64,000 nt of DNA from Hydrolagus colliei (lineage: Eukaryota), in NCBI GenBank assembly GCA_035084275.1, contig CM068750.1, positions 10,602,001-10,666,000 on the forward strand, written 5' to 3'. The notes beneath the pieces are model-generated. The model saw only the letters and a program-made list of their open reading frames with translations. It searched no databases and was not told the DNA's origin. This document shows positions 37,160 through 49,559 of this stretch, piece by piece (the first letter of the stretch is position 1; each line of letters starts with the position of its first letter). The translations under genes were made by a program, and so were the position numbers.

Positions 37160-37341
37160 ATATTATACCGATATAACCGATATAGCGACAGATACGATAT
37201 ACCGATATTTTTGATATACCGATATTGTTTTTTTGTACCAGACTTTTCGATATATCGATATATTTGAATTTCCAATATTGGCAAATCGATATGAAATATT
37301 ATACCAATAAAACCGATATGTCGATATATCTCTGGACACTA
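37160..37341 (-). mobile_element. Partial diverged relative of the hAT MITE (left arm only, inverted)
   Basis: Reverse complement tagtgtccagagatatatcgacatatcggttttattggtataatatttcatatcgatttgcc... aligns to tagggtccggcgatatatcgatatatcggttatatcgatataattttcatatcgatatgcc... at 35562 over about 180 bp. Confidence 0.85.
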
Positions 37342-37542
37342 GTATATCAATATAAGTACACTGTATAAGGATACCAGTGGAAGGATACCACGGAAGGCAT
37401 ACTGCTTTTGAAAACTTGTCAGTACAATTCCAGTTGCACTTTTATCAACTGTCCTGAATTCACTGTTGATTTTATTGATGTGTATATTCCAGAATATGAA
37501 GGAAGGATTTATTGGAAAGTGAGTGTACTTGTACTCAGATAT

Positions 37543-37680
37543 ACAACAAACAACAAAATTACATTTGTAGAGAGCCTTTCACATCGGGAGGACATCCCAA
37601 CCCGTTGAACATTTGGGGTTCAGGCCCCGAGCATGGAGGATGGGAGGGGTAGGTGTGAGGGGAGGCAGAGAGGTGGGAGG
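37543..37680 (-). mobile_element. L2 3' UTR plus tail (older type)
   Basis: acaacaaacaacaaaattacatttgtagagagcctttcacatcgggaggacatccc...ccccgagcatggaggatgggaggggtagg; homologous to 60429-60560. Confidence 0.8.
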
Positions 37681-38554
37681 ACAACATATAAAATGTTGAT
37701 CAGATGGTAAAGCGGGACTGTGGTCACACAATATATCTTGACTTTGAAGATCAGAAGAGATTTCCCTCGACTTCCTCAGTGAGTATCCTCACTTCCTACA
37801 TTACCTTCATCTTGTGAGCAATTTTGGCAAATTGATCCTCTATAGTGCCACCAGATAATTCACAATCTGAGGTTAATTTACACAATTACACTAATGCCTT
37901 CCCACCTCACATCACAGCTATCCATTTTGGTTGTTGTGCCTTTCTCAGACATAATTACAAATTGTGTCAGTGGTGCTTTTGTTGGGAAGTCCTGGAAATG
38001 TATTTTATTCTCCATGTTCTTTTCTGTGGCCTTCCTACATAAATTACATTCCCACCCAAGAGAAAGGACAGGCAACCTGCTTCCTGGCTTCTGCCTTTCT
38101 GAGCACTGTCTGATTAGCTGCCAGAGGGGATTCTCTATCTGATTCCCTCCTTTTCTGGGGCAGGTTCCTGGCCTTCACTCACATTTCCACTATAATAGTG
38201 TGTGAGAGACCATTAACCTCATCACTTGGGGATCCATGAGGCTGAGCTCACTGTCTGATACCCTCTCAGCCACATGCTTAAAAGAGACTTTGTTTATAAT
38301 TATGAGCAGCTGCTAAGACAGCTTTAAGGACAAGAATTGAACACAAAATACCAGTTGTCTCTTAGAATACAACTGAAATTGTGAAATGAAGGAATTAATA
38401 ACCTTGACATACATTATTTGATGTTACATAAGAAACTTTGACTAACTCCTGCCGTAAGGCATATTTCACAAAATCAGCTCCAAACATTTCACGTTTGAAA
38501 CGTCAAAGACATCCTGACCAACAATCCTCCAGCTAAATTGATGATTCAATTCAT

Positions 38555-38680
38555 GGCTGCTGCAGAGCACAAATTGGCTGCCATGTTTTCCTACAAAATG
38601 ACTATATTTCACATCCGCAAGGCAATTTGAACCATTTCGATGATATGGTACAGCACTATATCAAATCCAAGGATTTTTTT
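38555..38680 (+). mobile_element. SINE 3' fragment
   Basis: gcacaaattggctgccatgttttcctacaaaa...cagcactatatcaaatccaaggatt. Confidence 0.7.
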
Positions 38681-39974
38681 TTTAAAAGATTTAATATTTC
38701 AAGGGGTACAGAAAATACATAGAAACTAGTTTTAAAGAGAGCACCTATCTGGAAAATGCAATAAAAATTGTAATTTGGTTGAATACACATTGTAACCACT
38801 ATCACTTCAACATCGCTTACCATCGGTGATGTTGAAGGGATAAGTTTTAAGATGTTTGGACCTGTGCATCTGTAAAGACCAGTGCAAGACAGTTCTAGGG
38901 TAGTTCTCAGGGGCAATTGTCGCGACAGCTAAATGCTTTAATAGTTACCCGTTTGACTGAGCACACAATCAATTTTGCCACTGTAGGTAGTTCACAACAA
39001 CCTGAGAATCGAAGCTCCTTTATACTTCTGACAATCCAGTCTTTAAAATATATATTTGTTTTTTGTGTGAAGCACCAATCAATTTAAATGGACCAAACCA
39101 CTGTTTAAGAGACAGTAAATCAATGAACATTTCCTGCCCACACTCTCGTCTCCACCCACTGAAGACTGGAGGAAAATTTGGTGGAGGACCGTAAAGTAAA
39201 ACAGAAATGTTAATACAATTGAAGAGGTTAGAATACAACAAGTGCTGGATGTTGCTTTTTGAACGTTTAAGGGATTAAAGGTATTTTCTGGATAATTGTG
39301 CTACACATTAAGCCAATCTCATTAAAAATATTTATGAATTGAAAACTCACTGTGAGGATTTGCAAAATACACCAGGGCAGTCTTAACAAGATGAGAGTAT
39401 GTTTGTACCATACTGTGAGCAAAGAGATGGTGCGGGGGGAACGGAGGCAGCATATGGAGGCAACATATGCAAAGAAAAGGGAGGCATGTGTCACATATCA
39501 AACATGCATCGTGTCTGATATTTACTTGCATTTCTGCTGCTACTTTTTATGTTAAAATAATACAATATTAAACTGAAATAATTGAACACATTAATTTCAA
39601 GTTGAGGACTCCTTGCCACAGGGCATAAAATTATGCATCTGGATAGAGATTCCATAACCGTGATAATTTCTAGACAGTGAAGCTTGGCCAAGGGAATCCC
39701 ACAAAGTAAAGACATATCAGTTGTTAAGGTCCACTTATTATAACTTTTTGATTGCGTTAATGCTGAAGTATTAGAATGCATAACTTGTGGCTGACGAATG
39801 TATAGTTTGGTAAGAAAGTGTCAGTGCTGGATACATCTAAAGCACTAGTTAAATGTTCCTCCATATCCCAGTGCAGCGTTGAGGGACTAGGAGGCTATGT
39901 TTGAGTCTCGTCTTACAACTAATCAATGTTAGTCAATGGATCAGGAAGGAGACAAAGAAACAAGGAGCTAGTTT

Positions 39975-40095
39975 TTATTATTTATAATAATTGTTACATT
40001 TGATGGAGCACCTTTTACATCAGGAGTATCTATCAAAATGCTTCACGGGATTCACTATAAGTGCAGTGTTCTATAGTGTAATTTATAGGTGAATT
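39975..40095 (-). mobile_element. SINE 3' fragment
   Basis: ataataattgttacatttgatggagcaccttttacatcagg...caaaatgcttcacgggattcac. Confidence 0.6.
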
Positions 40096-42576
40096 CCTAT
40101 GTTTCCCAAGAGACTTCCCCTGAACTGTAAAATACTAAACATACAGCTTTGTGCTTTTTTCCAGCCACCTTCCTTCCATGGTGAAGAGTCAATCCTAATC
40201 CTGAACCATTTTTCAATATTGCTTGTGACTTTATTTTGTTCTGCTCAAACAAATTGGGTCAATGCCATGGAAAAAAAAACCTTCACAAAACTGGAACAGC
40301 ATTTTCTACATTGACCCTATTTACAAGAAGATGCCAACTTGCAAATAATCTAATGCTATACTATTTTGATGAGCAATTTTAATGCTTATGGTGAAGGTAC
40401 TTTTTTTGAGAACCATGTTCAAGCGTTCAATATACTATTGTTAACAATGCTAACTCTGCCCAGTTTAGTACAGTACTTTGTAATATTCACAACTGGTTAG
40501 GACTCGTGAATAGTGTGTTTCCTCTGATCTTCTGATTCAAAGATACATTTGTCACAACATTTACTTGGTCAGTGGGTGTAAGGATTATTTTCACTCAGCT
40601 TCCATTAACCCTGTAAACCAATGCCCTAACAGGTAGTGGTCCTAGCTATAGGAAGCTTACCAGACACTACTCTCAACAGCAAGCTATGTGGTTCGGGTTT
40701 CTTAAACTTCAGGAATATTCCAATATACAGTCTGGGTTCCCCAAGCCTTGGCTCATAACAATCTTCACCTAGTACACTCCAGAATTAGATAAAGAGGGTG
40801 TGTCTCTCCAATTCGTTTGAGCAGAACTTCCATATCTGTTGGAACTCTCAATCTGGTTTATGTAGGTTTAGGCATAGCAAAAGGTTCCTGTATGTGTCAG
40901 GTGCCCACCTGACCAAAAAACAATCTATGTTATACATTGAACAAAGATGAGTTGAGGTCTGACAATAAATTTAATATCTTAAAATTTGAAATTGTCCATC
41001 TGTATAAATAAACACGTTTCACTTTTGTCTGACAGAAATAGTCAAAGAATGAGGCATCTTTCCTGCCTTGAGCCCCATTGTGCCAGATGTTACTTTGATG
41101 AATTTCATCAAGTTACTCATTCCACACATGGCTATTCTCCCTTGTGAACTCATTACTGCAGAAACCTTCACTTATTTGCCTGAGGTGGTCCGAATTGTTT
41201 TGGACATGCATGGTCAAGACAGTCAAGTCGTGAACAGTGGACAGTGTGGGTCTGTGTTTAAAGAATCACAGCTGATAGATAAATTCAAAAGATAGATGTT
41301 TTAGGAATGGAAGACAGGGAGGGAGATGTTAATAACTTGTGTTAAATATCACACATGATGTACAAGTCACTATGTGTACAAGTCACTTCAGTTACTCTTA
41401 TCTGTAAAACATTCAAGATTTGTATATTTTAAAATGTGAAGGGGTAGAAGAGCATGTGTTGCTAAACAAGATTATATTTTTAATAATTTCAGCAAAATAA
41501 TTTCAGAATATCACCTCTTTACTGGTGAACATTGCTTGGTAACCAGAGGCACAAAAACTGACCCAATTAGATAAATGCATTTAAGTTAACATTGCATTGA
41601 TAAAGATAGGGGTACGAACTGCACAATATGCGGAAAATGAAACATAACGTTACTGACTTGACCTGACCCCTTTTTTATTTTGATTTTTTTTTTTAAATGC
41701 TTGAACAGTGTACAAGGAGCTCGTATTAATAGCCTTGCTAACTAAAATTGTGAAGCACAATCCAAAATAAGGAACAACATGATGAGAGAAATTGGTTTCA
41801 GCAACAAAGAACGTACTTCTGGGTAGAATGCAGATTTTTTTGCTGCAGTGAAGTGAGTTGACCTATTTAGAACTAAAGTCCTTGCTGTTTCTGTTCTTGC
41901 AGCAAGAGAGAGAAAAAGAGAGAAACAGAGAGAAAATCTTGGTCGTTCAGCTTCACATTGTCAAGAGGGTACACAGGGATTTGTAGCACTCAGTGGCAAA
42001 TATACGCAGCCATTCGATGGAACATTGATGAATGTACCAGACATCACTGTGTCCTGCCTGTGTACTATGCACCACAGTAACACTGACCCCATGGCATTAG
42101 AGCTGTGGCTAGCCAATATCAGATTAGCACCTCTTTGATTCCACAGACCCTTTCACTCTTTCTAAAAGAATCAAATGAAGGAAGTGATCAAAAATAATTT
42201 GAACTACTTAAGATATTAAAATTAGGTTAATAATTTTCCTTCTGCTACAAAGTAGATCAAACATTTCATCATATATAGCTCTGAGGGGATTTAAAATTGG
42301 GTTCAGCAATGTTTCCTGTCTTTAAGCATATTTACTATGATAAAAACACCATGTTAAAATCATATTAATGGTTTTGTGATTTGTTCTGTAAAATCAGAAG
42401 TGATTTCACTTTGGTTTCTTAGTGTTTTACCTATCAAAATGAACATCTATTCTGGTTAATTTGATCAATTTGAGATAATAAACATAATTCAAATTCATCT
42501 GCATTATGAAGATTGCTTCAAATCTTGACAAAAGAACTGCTTGCTTTGATTGGAATAATGTGAACTATTACAACGT

Positions 42577-42755
42577 GGAGTCCCATAGCTCAGTGGTTAG
42601 AGCACTCGTCTTGCAAGCAAGAGACTTGGGTTGAATTCCAAGGCGAAACCTTGCACAAGTTTCTTTAATCCACATCCCTAAGAACAATCCCTCAAGAAAA
42701 AAATAATAAAATTGGTAACTTCAATCCACGACTGTCATCACTATTATTATTATTA
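42577..42755 (+). mobile_element. tRNA-derived SINE 5' part (same family as 35093-35403)
   Basis: ggagtcccatagctcagtggttagagcac (A box) ... gagacttgggttgaattcc (B box) gcgaaaccttgcacaagtttctttaatccaca, ending in (tat)n. Confidence 0.82.
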
Positions 42756-42784
42756 ATGTTAGATTCCTGAGGCTGACTAATACA

Positions 42785-43241
42785 TGTCAGCCTAGCTCAG
42801 TTAGGTGTCAGTCTGTGTCTGTTGGTAGCACTCCCTTCTCCAAGTGAAAAGGTTGTGGGTTCAAGCCCCTCATCAGGACTTTGAGTTCCCAGTCCAGGCT
42901 TTCATTCTAATGTAATTCTGGGAGGGCTACATCGCCAGAGGTAATGTTCATTGAATGAGACATTTAAAGTGAGGTCCAGTCTAGCTGTTCAGGTGGACAT
43001 TAAAGATCCTATGGCACTATTTGAAAAGAATAGGAAATTTCTCCTGATGTATTGGTCAACAGTCCCCCAGATCAAATTAGTCATTCATTTCAAGATTGTG
43101 GGTGGGATGTTGCAGTGCACAAATTGGCTGGTGTGTTCACCTACAAATACACGGTCAATGAACTTTACAGTCAAGTCCAAAGAAGCACTTTAAGATATAC
43201 AACAGTGCGATAAAATCTTATACCAAGGTTGGATTATTATT
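42785..43241 (+). mobile_element. Full-length Deu-domain tRNA SINE (SacSINE1-like)
   Basis: Head ttggtagcactc..aaggttgtgggttcaagccc, Deu-like core caggtggacattaaagatcctatggcactatttgaaaagaataggaaatttctcctgatgtattggtcaac, gcacaaattggctg, tail ..ggattattat. Confidence 0.85.
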
Positions 43242-45692
43242 GTAATATATCTTCGTACACACATTATATAGTAGTAACAAATGCACAATGTTTGTGTATG
43301 TTGTTACATGTGAATATACATACAATATAATTTTGTACTGCTTGGACAACAACCAGATTATTACATTCTAAGTCTACAAAATACAATATCCTAATATCAG
43401 CCTGGAATATAATATTTTTCCTATCTTTATGTAATTTATGCCCCTTTGAATTTTGTAAATTAAGTCAGCCAGTTCATTTCAGCATCTGAATTTTCAAATC
43501 CTTATTTATCAGGAGGAATGTTGACCGTATGATTTAAAGTATTCAAAACCAGATAGAAATCTCAATTTGGGTCAGTCTTACACATATAATAAGCAATGAC
43601 TGAGTGTCTTACATGATTGTAAAACACTGGAGAGTTGAGAAGACATACATCAACCTTGACCGATCCATTTTTTGCAAAGCCAACTTGTCCCTAAATCATA
43701 TTTTTTCCATTCTTCAGGTGTGATGATGGAATACACCATTTTCTGGGAGCTGCTCAGATTGACCCACCTCGGGATTTTACCAGTCTCTGTGGTGGTGTGA
43801 CTGTTCCACTTTACATTGCCACTAGTAAATCATCAATATTTGTCATTCACTTATTTCAAGATAATTCTGCACTGAAAACAAACACAACGCGGGAAATTTA
43901 ACCGACAGGCTCCATGGCATAGGAGTGGGGAGTGGGGTTACCACCTATCCCGCTTGATTGCATTTGCATTATCCAGTTAATCTTTGCACAGCAGTGACAT
44001 GATTGTCACAGCTCAGGCCAGATTTGTTGCAACAGGCAGGCTCAACATGCCCTTAGGTAGTTACTCACAGCCAACAGCACTTAAGAACAGCTTTGGTTCA
44101 GGTTTGGAACTCAAGTGTTGAAAATATAAGGGAGACTCCACATTTACTACTCCATAATGCAACATGTTTATCTACCACTGTTGCTATTGTATGGCCCAAA
44201 AGAAATCTCTGTAAAAGGCAAATGCTTTCCATGGTTCTTTTTAGTCAAGGCAGTCCACAACCAAAATTGTTGTAAAGGCTCAGAAAGAGTGTTGTTCTGC
44301 TAGACTAGTGGAATTACTAATGCTGTTGGCCCATAATGTTAACTACAAAGGCTTGCTACCAGAGTCACAAATCCAATGTTGTACAGTATGTGCCTTGTGG
44401 GAAGGCACATTAAAAGGTGCATCGTCCAAGGAATTGAAACGCAGGTGGAACTGTATGGCACTAATACATTGTGCCAAAAGTAAATTAGAAGAGTACATAT
44501 TCAAGGTGGTTCCTGAACACAGGAGAATCTTAAGATTTCTATGAAACAGAACTGAACTGATGTCAATGCTAAAGAATAGATCTGATGATATGTCAGACAT
44601 CAGACTTTGTTCCTTGCTGGGTTGGGAAGTAAAGAGGATGCCAATGATGGGATTGGTTCATTGTAATTGTATGTGTTCACTGCCAGCAATGTACAATGGA
44701 GGAATGAAAGAAGAGCCATTTGATTGGCATCATGTGTTCAGATTTCGAACAGTGGACCCAAGCTGTGAACATTTTGAATCTCATAAGAATGGAAGGCTTT
44801 GGCACTCTGTAAAATCATTCAAAACATATAATTGAGCAACTGGACATAATTTTGAATGTTTTGAACAGATTGTAGCAGTCAGAAACAGAAGCCGTGGTTT
44901 CAATAGAATTACAAAATGTTTGAAAGAAAGATACCAATACATGTATGAATAACTTTAATTTATATTTTCTTACAATGTGTCATGTTTCAAAACTATTGTT
45001 TAAAAAGAAGCATTTTACACAGTCCTCATCTGTATATCATATCATAAGTTCTTTTTTGGGCCCAGTAAATGTGGAAAGATCTCAGTCTTTAATGTGTGCA
45101 CCAATATCAATGAAAGGACGTTTGCAAACAGGCTTCCATTAACCAATATTCCAACTTTTTTCCCCTTCGGATGAATAGATTTAAACAAAACAAGATATAT
45201 AATAGCCATTTAAGATATTTTTGACAATAAACTTGTTATAATATATTAAGATGACAGCTCTCGTTTTACATTGTATAAATGCATTCTGTCATGTTGTCTA
45301 TCCAGTTATATTTTTCCCATCATTTACAGACAGCTGACAGCTGACTCAGTGACCATTGTCACAGACCTATACAAGACTGTTTTAAATGTTTTACAACAGT
45401 TTCTCTTTGATGTTTGCTTGGCTATTATTTCATTTTTTAATCTAAATTGTTTTTCCTGTCAAGGATGTTTTCCCCCATTATTTAGGATATTTGGATACAC
45501 AGTATCCAAAAGCATCAGATTCAAAGACACAATGATAGTGTTGTAGCTATCTGCTCTATACATATGTCAAACCAATCTGCAGGAAAACTGAACTTGAGAG
45601 GGATAGGGTGCAGTGTTTTTATATATTTTTTCTCTCTGCACTCTGACTAGAGAGATTTAGAAAGTGTTATGGTCACTTCGCATTCCCCACAA

Positions 45693-45733
45693 GTAATACA
45701 TGTGAAACATTTCCTTAGTTTCACATGTATTAC
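45693..45733. repeat. Perfect 16-bp inverted repeat (hairpin)
   Basis: gtaatacatgtgaaac (45693-45708) / gtttcacatgtattac (45718-45733), 9-nt loop. Confidence 0.93.
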
Positions 45734-46194
45734 CAGAATCCATCCCTTCAGTGAGTTGATTACACGAGCCTCCACTATGACACAATTTCAGCTTAGAGCT
45801 GGAATCCAATCCCTCTTATAAAGGAATTTAGGGCTGTTTTGCAATACCCTGACAAGGGGTAAACATGCTGGGAGATAGGATTCACACAAGCTTTTTGTGT
45901 AATCCAGGGTTTCATATCACTTTTACTTACAGACGTGATATTTCTCATAATAAATCAGCTATGGCCACTATCTATCCTCGACTAACAAGATTTGTTACAA
46001 GCCAAACCCCGTTCCATATGATGGTGTAAAGTTCAAATAAACATTGAGACATTTTTCAGAAAATAATCCCCTCTCCAAGTGGTGCCATGACCCACTAATA
46101 CTCAACACTGAAGGAGGTGAGGGATTACATAAATCCTAATGTCACAACATTGCTATTTTCTTAGTAACCCATACTTAATTATATGGATCTTGTG

Positions 46195-46430
46195 CCTTGT
46201 TACTTTTTTATAAATGTAGGTTATTGGTCCATATACAGCAGTGAGATAGATAACTAAATTAATTCATCCAATGTGGATTTGAAAAGGGAACTCATTGGCA
46301 AGGAGTACTCTCTACTCCTCAATGAAATAGTTCTATGGGGATCTTTCAACATTTGCCTGAACTACCACAATGAGCAAACATTTCCTTAGTTTAACAACTT
46401 GTGCAAAGGCCAATACCAACAATTAACCTC
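46195..46430 (-). mobile_element. Decayed Deu-type SINE core
   Basis: ctactcctcaatgaaatagttctatggggatctttcaacatttgcctgaac is the reverse complement of the Deu core in 42980-43040. Confidence 0.6.
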
Positions 46431-47569
46431 TGCACATAACAATAAATGTGGATACCATGCCCAGGAGTTCAGAGCCATGAAGTAGAATTGTTTGGATACA
46501 CATTATATATGCCACAAGCTTTATCTGGTTTGTGAATCCTGCTATCCTTAAATCAGCAATTGCATTAATAATGATGAACCCTAGATAATCCTGTGATTTA
46601 AGTTCAAACGCAGATGAGTGTCAAGCAAAGCACCTTAATAGCTTGGCTGCTGAGCTGGTTACATGACAAGAACTCAATAAACAACAGGGAAAAGACAGAG
46701 ACAAGTGTGGTAACAGACAGTCCGAGCTTGCACGTCCCATAGAACACATGGTATTTGGATACCTACAAGATAACTAGGCTAAAAACTGCAGAGGTTTTAG
46801 GCCAAAAATTCAGTTTAAAATTATGACAAAACATTAAAATTGAAACATTGATACAATAATAGGATTTGAACATTAATTTTTATACAGTTTGCTCAGCTTG
46901 GATTGTGGTTATGATGATTGCAGGTTACTACCTGAACCTTGGAAAATGCTTGACCCCTTAAAATATCTGAATACTGTACTAGGTTTTTTTTTAAGATAAT
47001 TTCAACCTTTGTAAATTAAGGACATTTTAAAACTAGAGCTCCCAGACATCGAGGCCATCAGTAGCAGTACACAGAGGCTCTTATTAAGAAACTCCTCATG
47101 TTCTAGTAATCTCAAGGGATGCCAGCCTCACTGTTTCAACACGAGGCAAGAACGCTGTATGATACACAGGTTCCCGACTTTTTTCTGTTCCCTGAGGTGA
47201 GCTTTCGAATGATCAAAGCTTTCACAGTTTCCCTTGAGATCTCTAAATATGCAGGAAGCACAGAATCATCTTGCCATCAAAGTAAATTCCTCTCATTATC
47301 TCTATGACCTCCAAAATGTCAAATGACAGTAAAATACACAATAGCTGGGGAGTTGTGAAGTTACAGACAAATCTTGGATACTTCAATTTCACTTTCTCAT
47401 TGGCCATAACCTTTTCAATGCTCCTCCCCTTTCCCATTATAAGGTTCAGATGGGGTGGAAAATATTACATTAACAAAAACTTATATGGCATTCTGATCCA
47501 TTGAATACTATGTAGCATATCACATGCCAGCAGCACTCACAGATGGCACTATCACCTTGCAAGACACTA

Positions 47570-47616
47570 CCTTTCATGAAGGGCGCTATATAAATGCAAA
47601 TTGTTATTGTTGTTGT
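47570..47616 (+). mobile_element. Solo L2/SINE tail
   Basis: catgaagggcgctatataaatgcaaattgttattgttgttgt. Confidence 0.75.
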
Positions 47617-47977
47617 ATCATATTCAGCTAATTGCTGATAGAGGAATAATCAAGGAAGATAGTAGTGAAAGCCCTAAAGAGGGATACACACATGAAATAC
47701 AGAAGAGAGACAGACACAGTTATACAGAGCGACAGAGATTGATTGAGAGAAACCAGTGGCAGAGGTTAACAGTGGGGCAGGGGGGTGACCACCACCCCAT
47801 TCCTTGCAGCCTTTAGATGCTAGTCTTGTGCCTTTTCAAGCATATTAATGCAATTCTCAATTGCATGCAGGCTGGTGATCACTTGAAGAGGGTTTTAAAA
47901 AGAGCTTGGTTGTTTCCAGCTGCGGTTGTGAGCTTGCATGTAAAGCAACTGAGTGGGGGGAGGGGGGGACATGATAG

Positions 47978-48672
47978 AATAATAATAATCCTTGCATTTA
48001 TATAGCGACTTATATGTCATTGAGATGTCTCAAAGAGCTTCACAGAATACATTGTAATGTGTAGTGATTGTGTATTTTGTGGGCAAATCTATGTGGTTCC
48101 TCACGGTGTGTTCTGCGAGGAGAAGATGACCACCACAGAGAACACCCAATACCCAGCTGGGGCTGGAGAGACAAAGGTTGGGAGAGAAAAGAACAAGGAA
48201 CAAACCTGTGCAAAATTATATCTGCTGTTTCATCAAAAGTGTCCTTAGCAATCAGTAAGACGCCAGCAGTGCTCAGACGATGAATTTGTCCACATTGCTC
48301 AAAGAATGGTGATTGGTGACAATCCATTGGCATCACTGTCAGAAACTTTACCCAAGAAAAAGGGCCCAGAAACAGAAAACAGCTTGATGTTGTCAAAAGG
48401 CCTGCCTGAATGAAGTGCATTCACAACCGTGATCTTTCAAATAATAAGGGGAATAGACAGGGACTCTTTCCTCTGTGAATAGTATCATGGGATATTTAGT
48501 GTTCACCATGAATTGAAGCACAGCACCTCCAACAATATACAGCACTCACTCCCCCATTACTGCACTGATGTCAGCGTAGTTTATGAACCTGTGCCTTGAC
48601 GTGGAATTTGAATTTATAACCTGTTAACCTACAGACAAGAGTACAGTACTACCAACTGTGCAAGCCTGACAC
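47978..48672 (-). mobile_element. Deu-type SINE whose middle is replaced or interrupted by about 360 bp of unrelated sequence
   Basis: Tail aataataataatccttgcatttatatagcg...gtctcaaagagcttcaca (47978-48088); core and head resume near 48460 (gaatagtatcatgggatatttagtgttcacc ... actaccaactgtgcaagcctgacac). Confidence 0.72.
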
Positions 48673-49559
48673 CAAGATGGCTGTTATTGTACAATAGTCA
48701 CATATTCCAGTTTATTGTGGTGCCAGTAGAATTAACAATTCAGTGTTATTGTTCTTAAACATTAAATATCTACCACAGTTTCACAATAAAAGTGAGATTT
48801 TAAGATTTGGAGTTCTGGATCCAGGTTGTCCTAAATCTTACATTTAAATTCAGGATTTACTGCATCTGAGCAAATAAAAATTCATTTCATTTAATAATTT
48901 TTCCAAGTAGGAGTACTAAAAGTAAAATCAGGAATCACTAAACCCCAAAAAGAATTTAATCATCCCGGAATGTTAATATGTATTCCATTTAAGAAGACCT
49001 ACACAGCAAGAAAAATATGGAATTTAATAAAATGTATAAATGTTATAGGTGAAGAGTTAAGTATGGATTTTAACATTTATTTGAATAATTCAGCATTATG
49101 TCAGTAATGATTTACTAAGGACTTACATTTTTAATATATACGTATGTTGGAAGGTGAGGATTATAAATTGTCAACTTAGGTAAGATTTTGCTAAATAGAA
49201 TGTAATAAAATATACTTTAGAAAACGTTTTCTTGTAAAGGAATTTCCAGACCATTTAAAACATGATATCCTATTAAATAATAGCTTTACATTTGTTGCTG
49301 CAGATTGTGCAAAACAAAAAACACTAATACAGAGCTAGGGTGCCTTTCTGCAGCCTGCTTCTCGTCATATTCATTGAAAGTGAACTGCTCCTTTTCCTAC
49401 TTTGTAAACCATATGGAGTCAATTCACTTTCCGAGATATTCTGTAAAATGCTTTGAGATGTCTCAAATTATTATATTAGTATTATTATTAAACAGTGAGC
49501 GTTGCTTTTCAATGTTGTTGAAGAGCCATTTGCACATCTTGCTAATGTCATTAGTATGT

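Noticed and set aside
35562-37341. Single 1.8-kb compound transposon
   Set aside because: The MITE has its own complete TSD, and the outer flanks of the larger span do not match.
42577-42650. tRNA gene
   Set aside because: A and B boxes run directly into a SINE body shared with 35093-35403; no proper acceptor stem or terminator.
44300-44840. ORF cluster or possible CR1 RT fossil (GIETQVELYGTNTLC)
   Set aside because: Similarity is too faint to call, and no coherent frame or splice structure was found.
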